Assembly (NCBI GenBank): GCA_965287045.1
Contig: OZ336884.1
Location: 51,646,001 to 51,710,000 of the forward strand
Reading direction: 5' to 3'
From: Carcharhinus amblyrhynchos
Lineage: Eukaryota
Length of the DNA stretch: 64,000 bases
The notes beneath the pieces were generated by a model. It did not search any database. It was given only the letters and a program-made list of their open reading frames with translations, and was not told the origin of the DNA. A program made the translations under genes and the position numbers. Below, piece by piece: positions 49,078-60,699 of the stretch (the stretch's first letter is position 1; each line of letters starts with the position of its first letter).

Positions 49078-52000
49078 CTCTCATATTATGTCCTTAAAAG
49101 TGCTATCCGAGATGTACAGCACAACAGCAAAATGCTGATAGTTCTAATGGTATGATTGATTCCCCTTTTTATGGGGAAAGTAACTGACAACATGTCAGTT
49201 GCTGTTCAGAGTGACACATTCAAAATCATATGCTCAAACATGTGGGGAATTACAAGTGAACACCCAAGTTCCATCACTCCATTCTGCTATATGTTGAAGA
49301 CAGAACAGTAAGTTGAATATAACACTGTGGCACAACAATTTCAAAGACTTATGAGTGTCATTCCATATTCCACTTCCAGCTATTTAAATGTTCAAGTTAA
49401 ATTAAAGATGATTACACAATGAAAATGGTAAAACAAGTGCATTATATATGCTTTATGTTAGTGCTGCTTTTTCATTAAATTATTAATATTTCTGAAAAAA
49501 TACTGGTGTGTTTACATGCCTACTTAAGCATGCTTTCCTGTTATATCAGTTTTTATAAACACTGAGTTGAAATATCTTGTTTCTTCAGTCAGTGTTCTAT
49601 GTTCAAAGTCAAGCAACAACCTAACTAATGAGTCAGTCTCATTTCTATTCTGTGAGACTCTCCCGATGTCCCTGACTAATTATAGTGCGCTTTCTCACGA
49701 ACTTGATAAATTGATTCAATTTCACTCATTGACTCGCTTATGCTCCAATAAAATTGCTGTAATGGTACCTGAATACCTGATAGCAGCGCTACCTAAATGA
49801 GTCTTCTAAAAATTTATTAATGCCAAACACCTCAATGGCTTGATTTAGTAAAACAGCACAAAGGAACATTAGAAATGTCAACCCTACATCGTCCCTGTGA
49901 AACTTCAATCAAGTCGTTGACAACAATGGTTCTGCTACTAGAGTCATTTGTCTTGTGAACTATCATCTGCTCATTTAACATAATATTTTTAGTTTGCAAG
50001 GAAAAGAAAATCTTAAAAAAACTTTCCATTTGCTATTACCAGATACATTAAAATAAATAATATTTTGGAACCTAATGAGCCCACTGAAGTAATCTTGGGT
50101 AATGGTTCTTTTCCTGCTTGAATGCTGATAAATTCTAAGGGAATATTAATAATAGGTTACAAAATAAGGGACAGAGCTTATTTTTCAATGGCCACTGTTG
50201 TGAACAGCATAGCCACCTCCCCAAAAGCCTGTCTTGGGACTATTCCTATTCATATATAATTTCTGGTTACATCAGTGAAGGTGACATTAGTGAGGCACAA
50301 CACTCAAGTATCTGGATAAGTCATTGTTTGGCAAAACAGCATGTTCTGGGAAAAAGGCTATTGTTCAAAAGAAATGGAAATGTCAACATGTATATAAGTT
50401 CTCGCAAACTTATAGAGTGTGGCCATTCAGCCCACTGTGTCTGTCCTGGTTCTTTGAGAGAGCTTTGTAATTAGTGACACTCTTCTGCTGTTTCCCACTT
50501 GACATTTTTGAGTCTAGATCCAATTACATTTTGCAAGTTACAGCTGATCTGCCTCCACGATTTTTTCAGGTAATGCATTCCAAATTACTGTCCAAAAAGG
50601 CCACTAAAAATGAGTAAGACACAAGTTTGATCCTTTATCGACACTGCGTTAGTGCAATAGTAGTTATGGGACGCCATTCAGCATCAAATTCCCCAAGAGG
50701 TGGATGACCAACTTCTGTCCAAAAGGACTTCAATACAAAAGCGCCTATTCAGTTCTATTTTATAATTAATATTTTGAGATTCTCCTTTTATTGGTCATTA
50801 TGTCATGGTTCACACAGGGATATAAGTAAATGCACGCTGCCTGGCACCAGTGGAACTATCCATCAGTAAGGAAATCAATATTTATTCAGATGGGGTTTCA
50901 GAGCACAGTCAGGAGAGAAGACTTATTGTTTGGATGAACACCATGGAGTTTTAGCTCCACAGGTTGCATATCCTTTTTCACAAAGGTTCCCAGCATTGTG
51001 GCCAGCTTGATTAGCATGCTGAATTGCCTGTTTGGCTGGAAATTAGACAGCACAGCCCATGAACAGATTAGTCCAGTGTCTATTAGGGGCAGAGGTCACA
51101 CTGGCAGCTAATGTGTGATTGGGAGGGTTAAGGATTTAGGGGGAAGGGGGCAGGGTGAGATCAGAGGGGGCATGGAGATTTGGATGGGTGAGAGCTGGAG
51201 ATCACGGGTGAGACTGAGGGTCACTGATGGGGATGTCAGTGATAGCAGGGGTATGGCAGTTCTTGATCACAGTGAGTGGATGGAGTTGGTCAGAGGGAAA
51301 TTGTGATCGGGGTAGTCCTGTGTACTTGAGGAAACTCTCAGGCCCACAGCAATGCTGTAATAGTTGATAGATCCTGCTCCTGCTTTCACCCACCACGGAA
51401 CCTCCTGGACAAGCTTCAATGACTAATCCTCTTACTAAGAATGAATGATCACCTGTTCCTTAACCTGGCTCTGGTAAAACCAATTTCATAGAATGGAATC
51501 TTGTGCTCTTCTGTGATGGTTTTGGTGGTGAGGTGATTTAATCAGACAGGAGGGTGGTGGGTAGAGACTCCATCACCTTTCTGTCTCCACTAGGATTAAG
51601 TAAGTGGTGGGAAAGCCAGTGAACAGCCTTTCTGCCTCACTCCCAATTGAGGCCCTTCAGTGGGAAATTAATTACCTCATCCTGCTGCCACTGGTATTAA
51701 CACAGCAGTGGGCAGAGGACTCACCAAGCACAAGAGGACAACAAGCAAAGCCATGCAGGGTTGCTTGCGGGCTCCTAGGGAGATGGTGGGGTCCATTGTT
51801 CAAAGGCACATCGTACATTGGGAAAGGTGGTGGTGGCGGGGTCGGGGGGAGGGGTCCTGCTGAGGGCCACCTCCTTGTCCTTGCTGCTAATGCCCTCCTT
51901 CCTCCCCCATAACCTCTGCCCTTTCTGCCATCGCTCACTTTGGCATTCGGAAGCTTTGGGTGATTGTCTTACCTGTAGCAGACTCCAACACTCCAGCACT

Positions 52001-52094
52001 GCTGAGTACAAAAGAGCTGCCGGCCTCTGACTGGCTAGCAACTCAACAGGCAAAACTTCTGTTCCTAAGGTTCCTGATCCTGGGGATAAGGCCT

Positions 52095-52380
52095 CTACAT
52101 AAGAACATAAGTAGGAGGAGCAGGAGTAGGCCATCTAGCCTTTCGAGCCTGCTCCACCATTCAATAAGATCATGGCTGATCTGAAGTGGCTCAGTTCCAC
52201 TTTCCCGCTTTCTCCCCATAACCCTTAATTCCCTTGCCTACCAAAAACCTATCTACCCACGTCTTAAATATATTTAGCGAGGTAGCCTCCACCACTTCAA
52301 CGGGCAGAGAATTCCAGAGATTCACCACCCTTTGAGTGAAGAAGTTCCTCCTCAACTCCATTCTAAACTGTCCCCCTCTC
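52095..52380 (-). mobile_element. Young CR1 3' end, same subfamily as 16956-17547
   Basis: Near-collinear reverse complement of about 17265-17548. Confidence 0.9.
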
Positions 52381-52529
52381 TAAGTGCCTGAATGGTACAA
52401 GATGCAGTCAGCCTTCTCAGAAAGAGGTGGTGTGTCTCTCTCTGGTTCTCTATCCAGCAGTCAAGTCCTTGGTTGTGTCCACAAGATTCCACCTGTGCAG
52501 TCTTTTGTGGCACAAGTGGGGTGCATCCA

Positions 52530-55175
52530 TCCCATCAGATCCATGTAGACTCTTAATGGAACAACCCAGTCAGTCCAACTTCCCCACTCAATCTCAGGAC
52601 TACTGCATGTTTATTTCCTTCAAGTGCCTTCCAATTTCCTTTTGATCATTGAATGTTTCTGGTCAAACAAATTTGTGGGCAAAGAATTCCAGGGCAATAC
52701 CATTAGCTGCATAAAAACTTCTTCCTCACCTACCCCTGCATCGCTCAACCAGAATCATAAATGTCTTCCCTTGTCCTTGTACCAGCAGCAAATGAGAAGA
52801 GATTTTCCTGACTATTTTACCTAAGCCAGTCATAATCTGTAACCTCTATCAAATCTCCCCTCAGTTGTCTTTATTGCTCGAAGGAGAGCAACCCAGCATT
52901 TCCAACTTGTAGCTAAAATCCCCCATCCCTGAAACCATTCGGAATCCTTCCTTCAAGGTCTCTCTCATCTTTTCCAGATGTGTGGTGACCAGACTCAACG
53001 CAAGCCTTTATATAGGTTCAACATAACTTTCCTGCTTTTAGACTTAATGCTCTATTTACAAAGCCCAATAGTCCAGATGCCTCATTAACCACTCTCACTA
53101 TGTCCTGCCACCTTCAAAAATCAATGCACAAGTAAACCTAGGTCTCTCTATTTCTGCACACTCTTCAAAATTGTGCTATTAAGTCTATATTATCTCTCCC
53201 TTCCCTTCTCCAGCATCAGCCTATATGTCTCTGTACTAAATTCCATCATCAATTGTCTACCCATTCTATTAGTCTATGTACTGTTGCATATGGCTTGTAT
53301 TATCATCACTGTTTGCTACTTCTCCAAGTTACCATTGGTAAATTTTGGAATTTTACTCTGTACTCCAGTTATATGTACTAAAAATAGCATTGGTCCTAAC
53401 ACTGACACCTGAGGAATACCACCGTCTACCATCTTCAAGACTGAAAAACAACCATTTGCCATGACTCTGTTTTCTGTTCTTAAGCCAACTTTATTTCTAC
53501 TTGCCCACTGATCCTCCAGTTTCATTAGTCTCAATTTTGTCAACCAACATTTTATGAGGTACCTTGTCAAAAACATCCACATACACAACATCCACCATAT
53601 TCCCTTCATCAATCTCTGTTCAAAAAAAAATCAATTAGATTAGTCAAACATGATCTACCTTATACAATTCAGTGCTGGCTCTCCTTAATTAGTTCAAGCC
53701 TTTCCAAATAACAGTTGTGTTTTTCTGACTATGGATTCTTAAACTTTGCCCACCACTGAGGTTAACCTAAGTAGTCATTAGTTGCCAGGGCTGTCTAAAG
53801 TTTAGTTTAAAGTTTATTTATTTATTAGTCACAAGAAGGCTTACATTAACACTGCAATTGTTACTGTGAAAATCCCCTAGTTGCCACACTCCGGTGCCTG
53901 TTCAGGTACACTGAGGGAGAATTTAGCATGGTCATTGCACCTAACCAGCACATCTTTGGACTGTGGGGGGAAACTAGAGCACCTGGAGGAAGCCCACACA
54001 GACGCAACAAGAACGTGCAAATTTCACATAGATGGTGACCCAAGCCGGGATTCAAACCCGGGTCACTGGCGCTGTGAGGCAGCAGTGCTAACCACTGTGC
54101 CAAAGTACATCCCCCTCATATTCTTTCTTGAATAAGAATGTCACATTTGTCACTCTCTAATCATCTGGCATCTCGCATTTCTAGGGATGATTAAAAAAAT
54201 TAAGCAACATCCTGTTATCTGTATTCCCATTTCTTTAGCAATCTGGGATGCACACCATTCAGACTAGATGACTTATCTACCCTAAATACATCCAGCCCTT
54301 TAAGTACCTTCTCCTTTTCAATTTTGACAGTATCCATTGCCTCCATTATCTCTGCCTCTGCCAACATTTTGTTAGATTCCCCTTCCTTAGTCAACATCAA
54401 TACAAAGTACTTATTAATGTTCTAACCTTGCCTTGCATCTCTAAGCCTATATCACCCTCTTCCACTTGCTTACTATTTGCTGGTAGAATATTTTTGGGTT
54501 CCTTTCGTGTTAGTTGCCATCCTATTCTCTCTTTGCCAGTCCTGTTTTCCTCCCTCTCAACCTATTGTATTTGACCTGCTTTTCATTTCACCTGACATGC
54601 ATCATTAACCATCTTATTTTGTTTCATCATAATCTCTATCTTCCTCCTTAGCCAAGCAGCCCTCTTTCTGGCTCCTTTGTCCTTCAGCTTTGTTGGAATG
54701 TACCTAGCTTGTACCTGAAACATCTCTTCCTAAAAGATTACCCTCACTGTTTTCCCTGCCGATCCCTGGTTCCATTTCACCCTGGCTAAATCCTTCTCAT
54801 TGCACTGAAATTAGTTCCCTTCAAATTTAGATTTGTTGTAATAGATCATGCCTTGCTTTTCTCTATTACTAATCTAAACATTATGATGCAATGATCACTC
54901 TTACCCAAATGCTCCTCTTGATCCATTTGACCCAGCTGATTTGCCAGCACCATATCCAGCAATCCTTCCTTTCTAGTTGGGTTGAGAATGAGTGGCCGGG
55001 TTCTAAATGGGTTGTATTCATGTTTCAGATTTTTAACAGTTTAAGCTCCAACCTAATACAGACACACCCATATTTGGGGATTAAAATTACCCCAATGTCT
55101 CCATCAGAAGGGAAGAAGAAAAAACTAGAGAAACAAACAAATGATTCCACTGTTTTGCATCATCAATTCCCCTAG
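52530..55175 (-). mobile_element. Long decayed CR1 ORF2 remnant interrupted by a SINE
   Basis: VDKSSSLNGVHPRLLK and GIPQVSVLGPMLFLVHI motifs in the ORF track. Confidence 0.75.
53797..54101 (-). mobile_element. V-SINE with HE1-like head and core but a different 3' tail
   Basis: Head tggcacagtggttagcactgctgcctcacagcgcc; tail ggggattttcacagtaac...gtgactaataaataaataaac. Confidence 0.85.
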
Positions 55176-55943
55176 CTATCAAAAGCTGTCCCCCTCAGAA
55201 AGCATTCTCACTACATAAGCATTTAATTCACTTTTCCATAGTTCGTAGTTCACTTCTGTCAAACAATGGGTAATTTTTTCCTGCAGTTACTTGACATTTG
55301 CTGTCATCTTACACAACTTTCCATTTTTAACTCCAGCCTATCCTGTCATCCCCATCTTGGAATGATTAAAATGCCACCTTTATTGGATTTCAGGACTAAT
55401 TTTATAAATTTTGACAGACATGTAAAGGTGAGCTGAAAATTTCCTGCGAACAGTGGGCAAGGCTCACTGCTGAGAGTGCAATTTTTTAAAAAAACAATCC
55501 TTTGAAGTCAAAACTCATGAGTGCAAGCAACTGCATGCTACAGTAGGCCATTCACTCCCCCTCAGTATCAGGAAGTTTTTCTTTGCATCCAGCCCTTGTC
55601 ATACCTGATTTGGAGTATTCAATTCTGGCACTCAAGGGAAAAATGCTGCATTCGCAACCCCTAATATTGTTTGTAGTAACAAGTACATAGAATAGAGGGA
55701 AAATTCTTTCTCCCACGTGTTCAGCAAAAAGATAGATGTTGTTAGCAAATACAGCTTCAATGGAAGTAGTGTAATAGCAAAATCATTCGGAACATCTATG
55801 ACATATTAACTGTTTATAGTGAATTCTGTCAAATTTCAATAGTTTATGAACTGAGAGATTTGAATGCAAAAGGACAATATACTAAACCTGCCTATTTTTT
55901 GCAAACCATCATTCGCACTGCAGGTTAATTTGTTGGCATTTAC

Positions 55944-56212
55944 CTTGACTTTTTCAATATGGTCTTGCAGTGAGTCTATCAGCAGGTCTCCCACAGGTTG
56001 CCAGGTATCTTTGATAGCCTCAGCCTGTCTCAGTTTACGGTTCAATTCATCCATTGCATCTTGTAATTCCAGGAGCCTCTCCAGGGCCTCATCTATGCGC
56101 TTTTGCCAATCAACAGAGCGAGTGCTCAACTTGTCCCACTCGACTTTTACCTCCTCGGCATGCTTCCGAATTACTCTGGCAACAGTTTGGGCATTCTCTT
56201 CTGGTGTTTTCA
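55944..56212 (-). CDS. DMD: Dystrophin exon 59 equivalent (269 nt), spectrin repeats 23/24
   Basis: ctccttcctgtttattcag|TG AAA ACA CCA ... AAA GTC AAG|gtaaat; (V)[89 protein letters not shown]; phase 1 to 0; lies within ORF 55836-56213. Confidence 0.97.
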
Positions 56213-59200
56213 CTGAATAAACAGGAAGGAGAATTCTGTTAAAACACTAAAGCTCACAAAAAGAATGGGAATTACTGCAATTAGATGTGAAATTATCCCT
56301 TCTACACTTTAAAACATTTGGCCAAAAATTAGGTCATGCTTCCTAATACCTATTTCTTGGGCTTGGCATCTGTTTTTGTCTTGCACTTCTGTGAAGCAAT
56401 TTAGTTAATTTTTCTCCATTCAAGACATTATAAAAACAAAGTTTTTCTGACTTGACTTCACATCGCGTTCAGGAAAGAAGACAGGGTTATAAAATTCTTC
56501 ATCACAAAGAAATTATTACATTTTTAGGTGGATTATAAATAGTTATATCGTAGGGTTAACAATTGTGACAGCACCATCAGTTCAAGAATTTTGCATTACA
56601 GGGTGGCATTTGGGAATTTTATGCAGAAGTCAGCCTGCATAATATTCTATCAATTGCATGGGTTCCATCAGAGGTACCAATCAGAATTCCTAACTTTTCA
56701 TCCTGTTCCAAAGAATTCTGTACCATCAAACACTAACTTTCACAATCTGCCCCATTAAATTCTGATGAGGGCTATTTCATGGATTCACAGCAACCAAACA
56801 ATGCAGCACAGCTCTTCCTTGCGGCTATACGATAACCTTGCTCTTTTGCTATGCTGTTGAGCTGAACATTAGCCAATCTTTAGCATGCAGTGAGTTTTTA
56901 TGATCTTCCAAAAGCATGACAAATCTTGAGGGAAACGGGTCATATCCATGTGCCACCAAATGAGTGGGTCACACAGGAATATGTGGAATGCTGTAGTAGA
57001 GCATAATCCACTTTTTCTTCCCCAGTTTTGAAGATTACAGCTGTGAATCAAAAAACTTAAAATGTTTTATTGCAGCAGTTTTATTGCATTCAATCTTTAG
57101 AATTGAATTTAATATTCATGGGCAAGAGAAATAAAAGGTTAATCAAAGCTCTCAGTACTGATCACTATCCAACAATTGAAATTCGTACATGCATGGATTG
57201 GAATGAGAAAAGGACTGGGCTCAGCTGTGACACCATTTACATTTGAATAGTTTGCCAATATCATATCCTGGATTTATCCATGAAAGTGCAGTTACTTGGG
57301 TAAATTACCAGGAGGGCTTAGTGTCAGTGGAAAGCTTAGTTGACATGCGTCAGCATTTTCAAATGAGATGGGACGAAGAATGGGCAAAAACAAAATTAAA
57401 GCATTCCCATGAAATCAACATCTCAATCATTTGCAGTGGCAAACATTGAAGCCCAATCTATCCAGTGGCCAATACAGCTGCTCTGAAATAGCTTCATTGT
57501 TTGTTGTCCAGGAATCTGACCCTGCCAAAAATTCTCAGAGCGCAAATTTACTGAAACCATCAGCAGTGATGATACCATCAGACAAATTGGCATGAACAAA
57601 TTATTGGGCCTGACACCATGACAGAACTGAAGAAATCCTTTTTCTATGGGAGCCAGCTGCACCAGCTGGCAAGCAGAATTGCAAGATCACATTGATGTAT
57701 AAGTTGCACTTGCAAGTTTGGAGATCATTAAAATTTAACAGAGGTAGTAGCACTTTCCTGTAGCTTCCATAATGGGTAAAATTAAAACAAAAACACATAA
57801 CTTGCTAAAGCATTTGAAATATAGTTTCACACTTCCAGCTTTAATGTTGCCACATTTCCCCATCTTCTCTGAATTGTTGACTTTTGCTAACTACCTTTCC
57901 ATAGACATGGGGACATGCCTCATATCTCAGTCATGTGGTGGCTAATCTTCATGTGCATTTTCTAATATGATGGTGAGGATTAGTATTTCATAGTTCCAGC
58001 ACTTCCCTCCTTAATGTCAGTTTAACAAAAAAAGCAGCAGTTTTTCGGTGCGTCATTGACAATCTGCTACCTATTAACACCAAATTAAGGCTCGTTTTGT
58101 GCTGTGGATTTGTATTCCCTACAAGCTCGTTGTTAGCATTCAAAGTTATTTTACTTAGATTGCAAAGAACTGTCACAAAGGAAAGACTTATTCTATCCAT
58201 CGGAGCTGCATTCAAACAAGTCCCAGAAGGAAAAGAGCAGAATGATAATTCACTGTGCCACTGAGTCCTGTTTGATCATTTTATCTTCTGCACTTGAGTT
58301 ACTCTGCCAAGGGGGACGAAATAATGGGCTGCTCTCAGGCCTCTGCAATGTTATGTGATGGATGGCTAGGAGGTTCATAAGTGATGCACCAATTGATGCT
58401 CCTTGAGTGATGGTGCTTTGGCTCCATTTATTGCTATCCAGTGATGTTCTAGCCAAGAAACCTACCATCTGGGGACTTGCAAATGTGAATCCAAAATCTA
58501 TCATGTTGTGCAGAGTATTTTTTTTACACCAACTACAGCAGCAAAAATAATTTTACCGAACCATACATACCAATTCAAATAAGGAATGGCTGTTTGCTGG
58601 ACATGGTTTCTCCTTGACAGCTTGTATATGCATGAATAACAACTCTGAGATACATCAGCAAGCACTTGCTACCTCAAGTGTACAGGCACAGGTATTGAGC
58701 AAAGGCAGATGAATATCAACAGAAAGGATTTGATGAAAAAGAGCTTGCACTCAATTGGGATTCTTTGTGTAAGAAGTCAGATCTACACCATGGACCTAAC
58801 ATAAGTATTATTTTATTTGTCATGCAGTTTAATTAATTGTTTACTATTATTAACTTTGAATCTAGCACAAAATGCGTAAGGCACAATTAACAAAATATAA
58901 TCTTTAGAAAGTACAAATATTTTGCAAAGTTTTTGTTAAGCAATTGAATATTCAAATTAAATCCAAGGTGTGATAATGGTGGATTTTTTTTGCCATTTTC
59001 AATTGATTTAAGCAAGTTTAAGATCATGAGCTGTGATAACTGGAATATTGGGTTATTGCACAATTTCTCAATCTCCAACAGCGGGTTTCAAATGCAATCA
59101 GAATGAAGCAATGGAAATATCTCTTCCTAACTGCAGATGGTAAGGAACCTATGTCAGATGGATTTAGGTACTCGCAACCTAGTGTGCTTACTCCACAACA

Positions 59201-59382
59201 GAAACCTGTCCACAATTTGCACAATGGCAAAATACTGCAGCCCCCTCTTCCCCCTCTCCCCCAGGGCATAGGAATTATGAGGTCAATTGTTTTTGCCTAC
59301 CATATGCCTACATGATTTGTTAATGACCAGTTTTATGGCCAGACTAACAGAAAGCAAAGATTTGCTTGTTCCTTATGGGTTA

Positions 59383-59481
59383 GAACATAAGAACATAAGA
59401 AATAGGGGCAGGAGTAGGCCATCTAGCCCTTCGAGCCTGCCCCGCCATTCAATAAGATCATGGCTGATCTGTCGTGGCTCA
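59383..59481 (-). mobile_element. Very short CR1 3' tail
   Basis: aacataagaacataagaaataggggcaggagtaggccatctagcccttcgagcctgccccgccattcaataagatcatggctgatctg. Confidence 0.85.
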
Positions 59482-59926
59482 GATCAGTGCCACATCAGGT
59501 CTATGAGAAAATAAAGCTTGACAACAGGATCATCAGGAGTATTTTATTTGGTGCGGTGTTTTAAAAACAGCCATAGCTCCAGATGTTTTTAATGGTTTTG
59601 GAATCTTTCTCACCATTTTTATCAAATTTCACTGTTTTTAATGGTCCTTAGAGGTAAACACAAAAGAATAGAAACCAACTAAGCCTGCTGCTATGCAGAA
59701 CCCTTCTTTAAAAAGTGTGGTGTAGCAAGGATAGCAAATTATTTAATCCGCTGTATTTGAGTCTACTGATAACACAAAGCCTCATCTCATCATTCAGAAA
59801 TCTGCAAGGCAGCATAACTGTCCCCAAGCGAACATAACTAAATGGTTTTCACAGCAAATCACACAGCAATGGCTGAATAGCTATTAACTAACTTTTTTGT
59901 ATTCTGAACACAAGCTGAGTAATTAC

Positions 59927-60047
59927 CTTTTGGTGATGACAGAAGGCTTTCAGGTCCTTCAATAGGCTGATCAGCTAAGAACACACGCACTGTGTCCAAA
60001 ACACTCATGACCACTGGTTCCTTTGCCTTCAACTCCCGCTTGAAAGT
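59927..60047 (-). CDS. DMD: Dystrophin exon 58 equivalent (121 nt), spectrin repeat 23
   Basis: tactttcag|ACT TTC AAG CGG ... TCA CCA AAA G|gtaatt; translates TFKRELKAKEPVVMSVLDTVRVFLADQPIEGPESLLSSPK; phase 0 to 1; absent from the ORF track. Confidence 0.95.
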
Positions 60048-60699
60048 CTGAAAGTATATAGCACATTAGAACTCAATTCCCACAAGGACTAAAATAAGTA
60101 TTGAAATTAAGTCATCAGTGAGAGAAACTCTATTCAACCCTCAGGAATTATACCATTACAAATGTCATACATTCCTCTCTGTGGCTCAGCACCTCAATGT
60201 GGTGCAGGGACATGTGCACTCTGATAATCACTTAACAATGTTATTGGGATCTCTTGCTATTGGTAGGGTCTTCCATCATAACCAGACAATGGCCCGGCAT
60301 GACAGGTGAAGAACAGTTATGTTACATCTCCGGCTGTGAAAGTGGAAGGCGGCTGCAGCGGCAAGGTAGCCTTGGTCTTTATGGTATAATATGTCACTGA
60401 AATTTAGCTACTAAATCCATCAAGATCATGTGATCAATGATGATGCCCCAAGTCCTCATGTAAACAAAGTCACATGCAGACTTCTACCAGGTCAATTTGC
60501 CAAGTTCCGCAGAGATGTAGAATTGTCAATTGGGACAGGATTGTGAACCTGGGAGTTCCTAGTCAAGCATCTGCACAGAGGTGACATGCATGAAGGTTGC
60601 TGGTCACGAGTGTTGGGACAGAGTTGCCTTTGAGCAGCTGCTTCTGTGACTGAACAGTCTTCCTCAGGATACTCTTTGCTTATGCCAAATGGGGAGATA

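Noticed and set aside
55836-55943. C-terminal extension VNANKLTCS... of the 125-aa ORF
   Set aside because: Read-through past the exon 59 donor (AAG|gtaaat) into the intron; dystrophin similarity stops at the donor.
56761-56800. CTGATGAG as another hammerhead core
   Set aside because: No stem II followed by GAAA.
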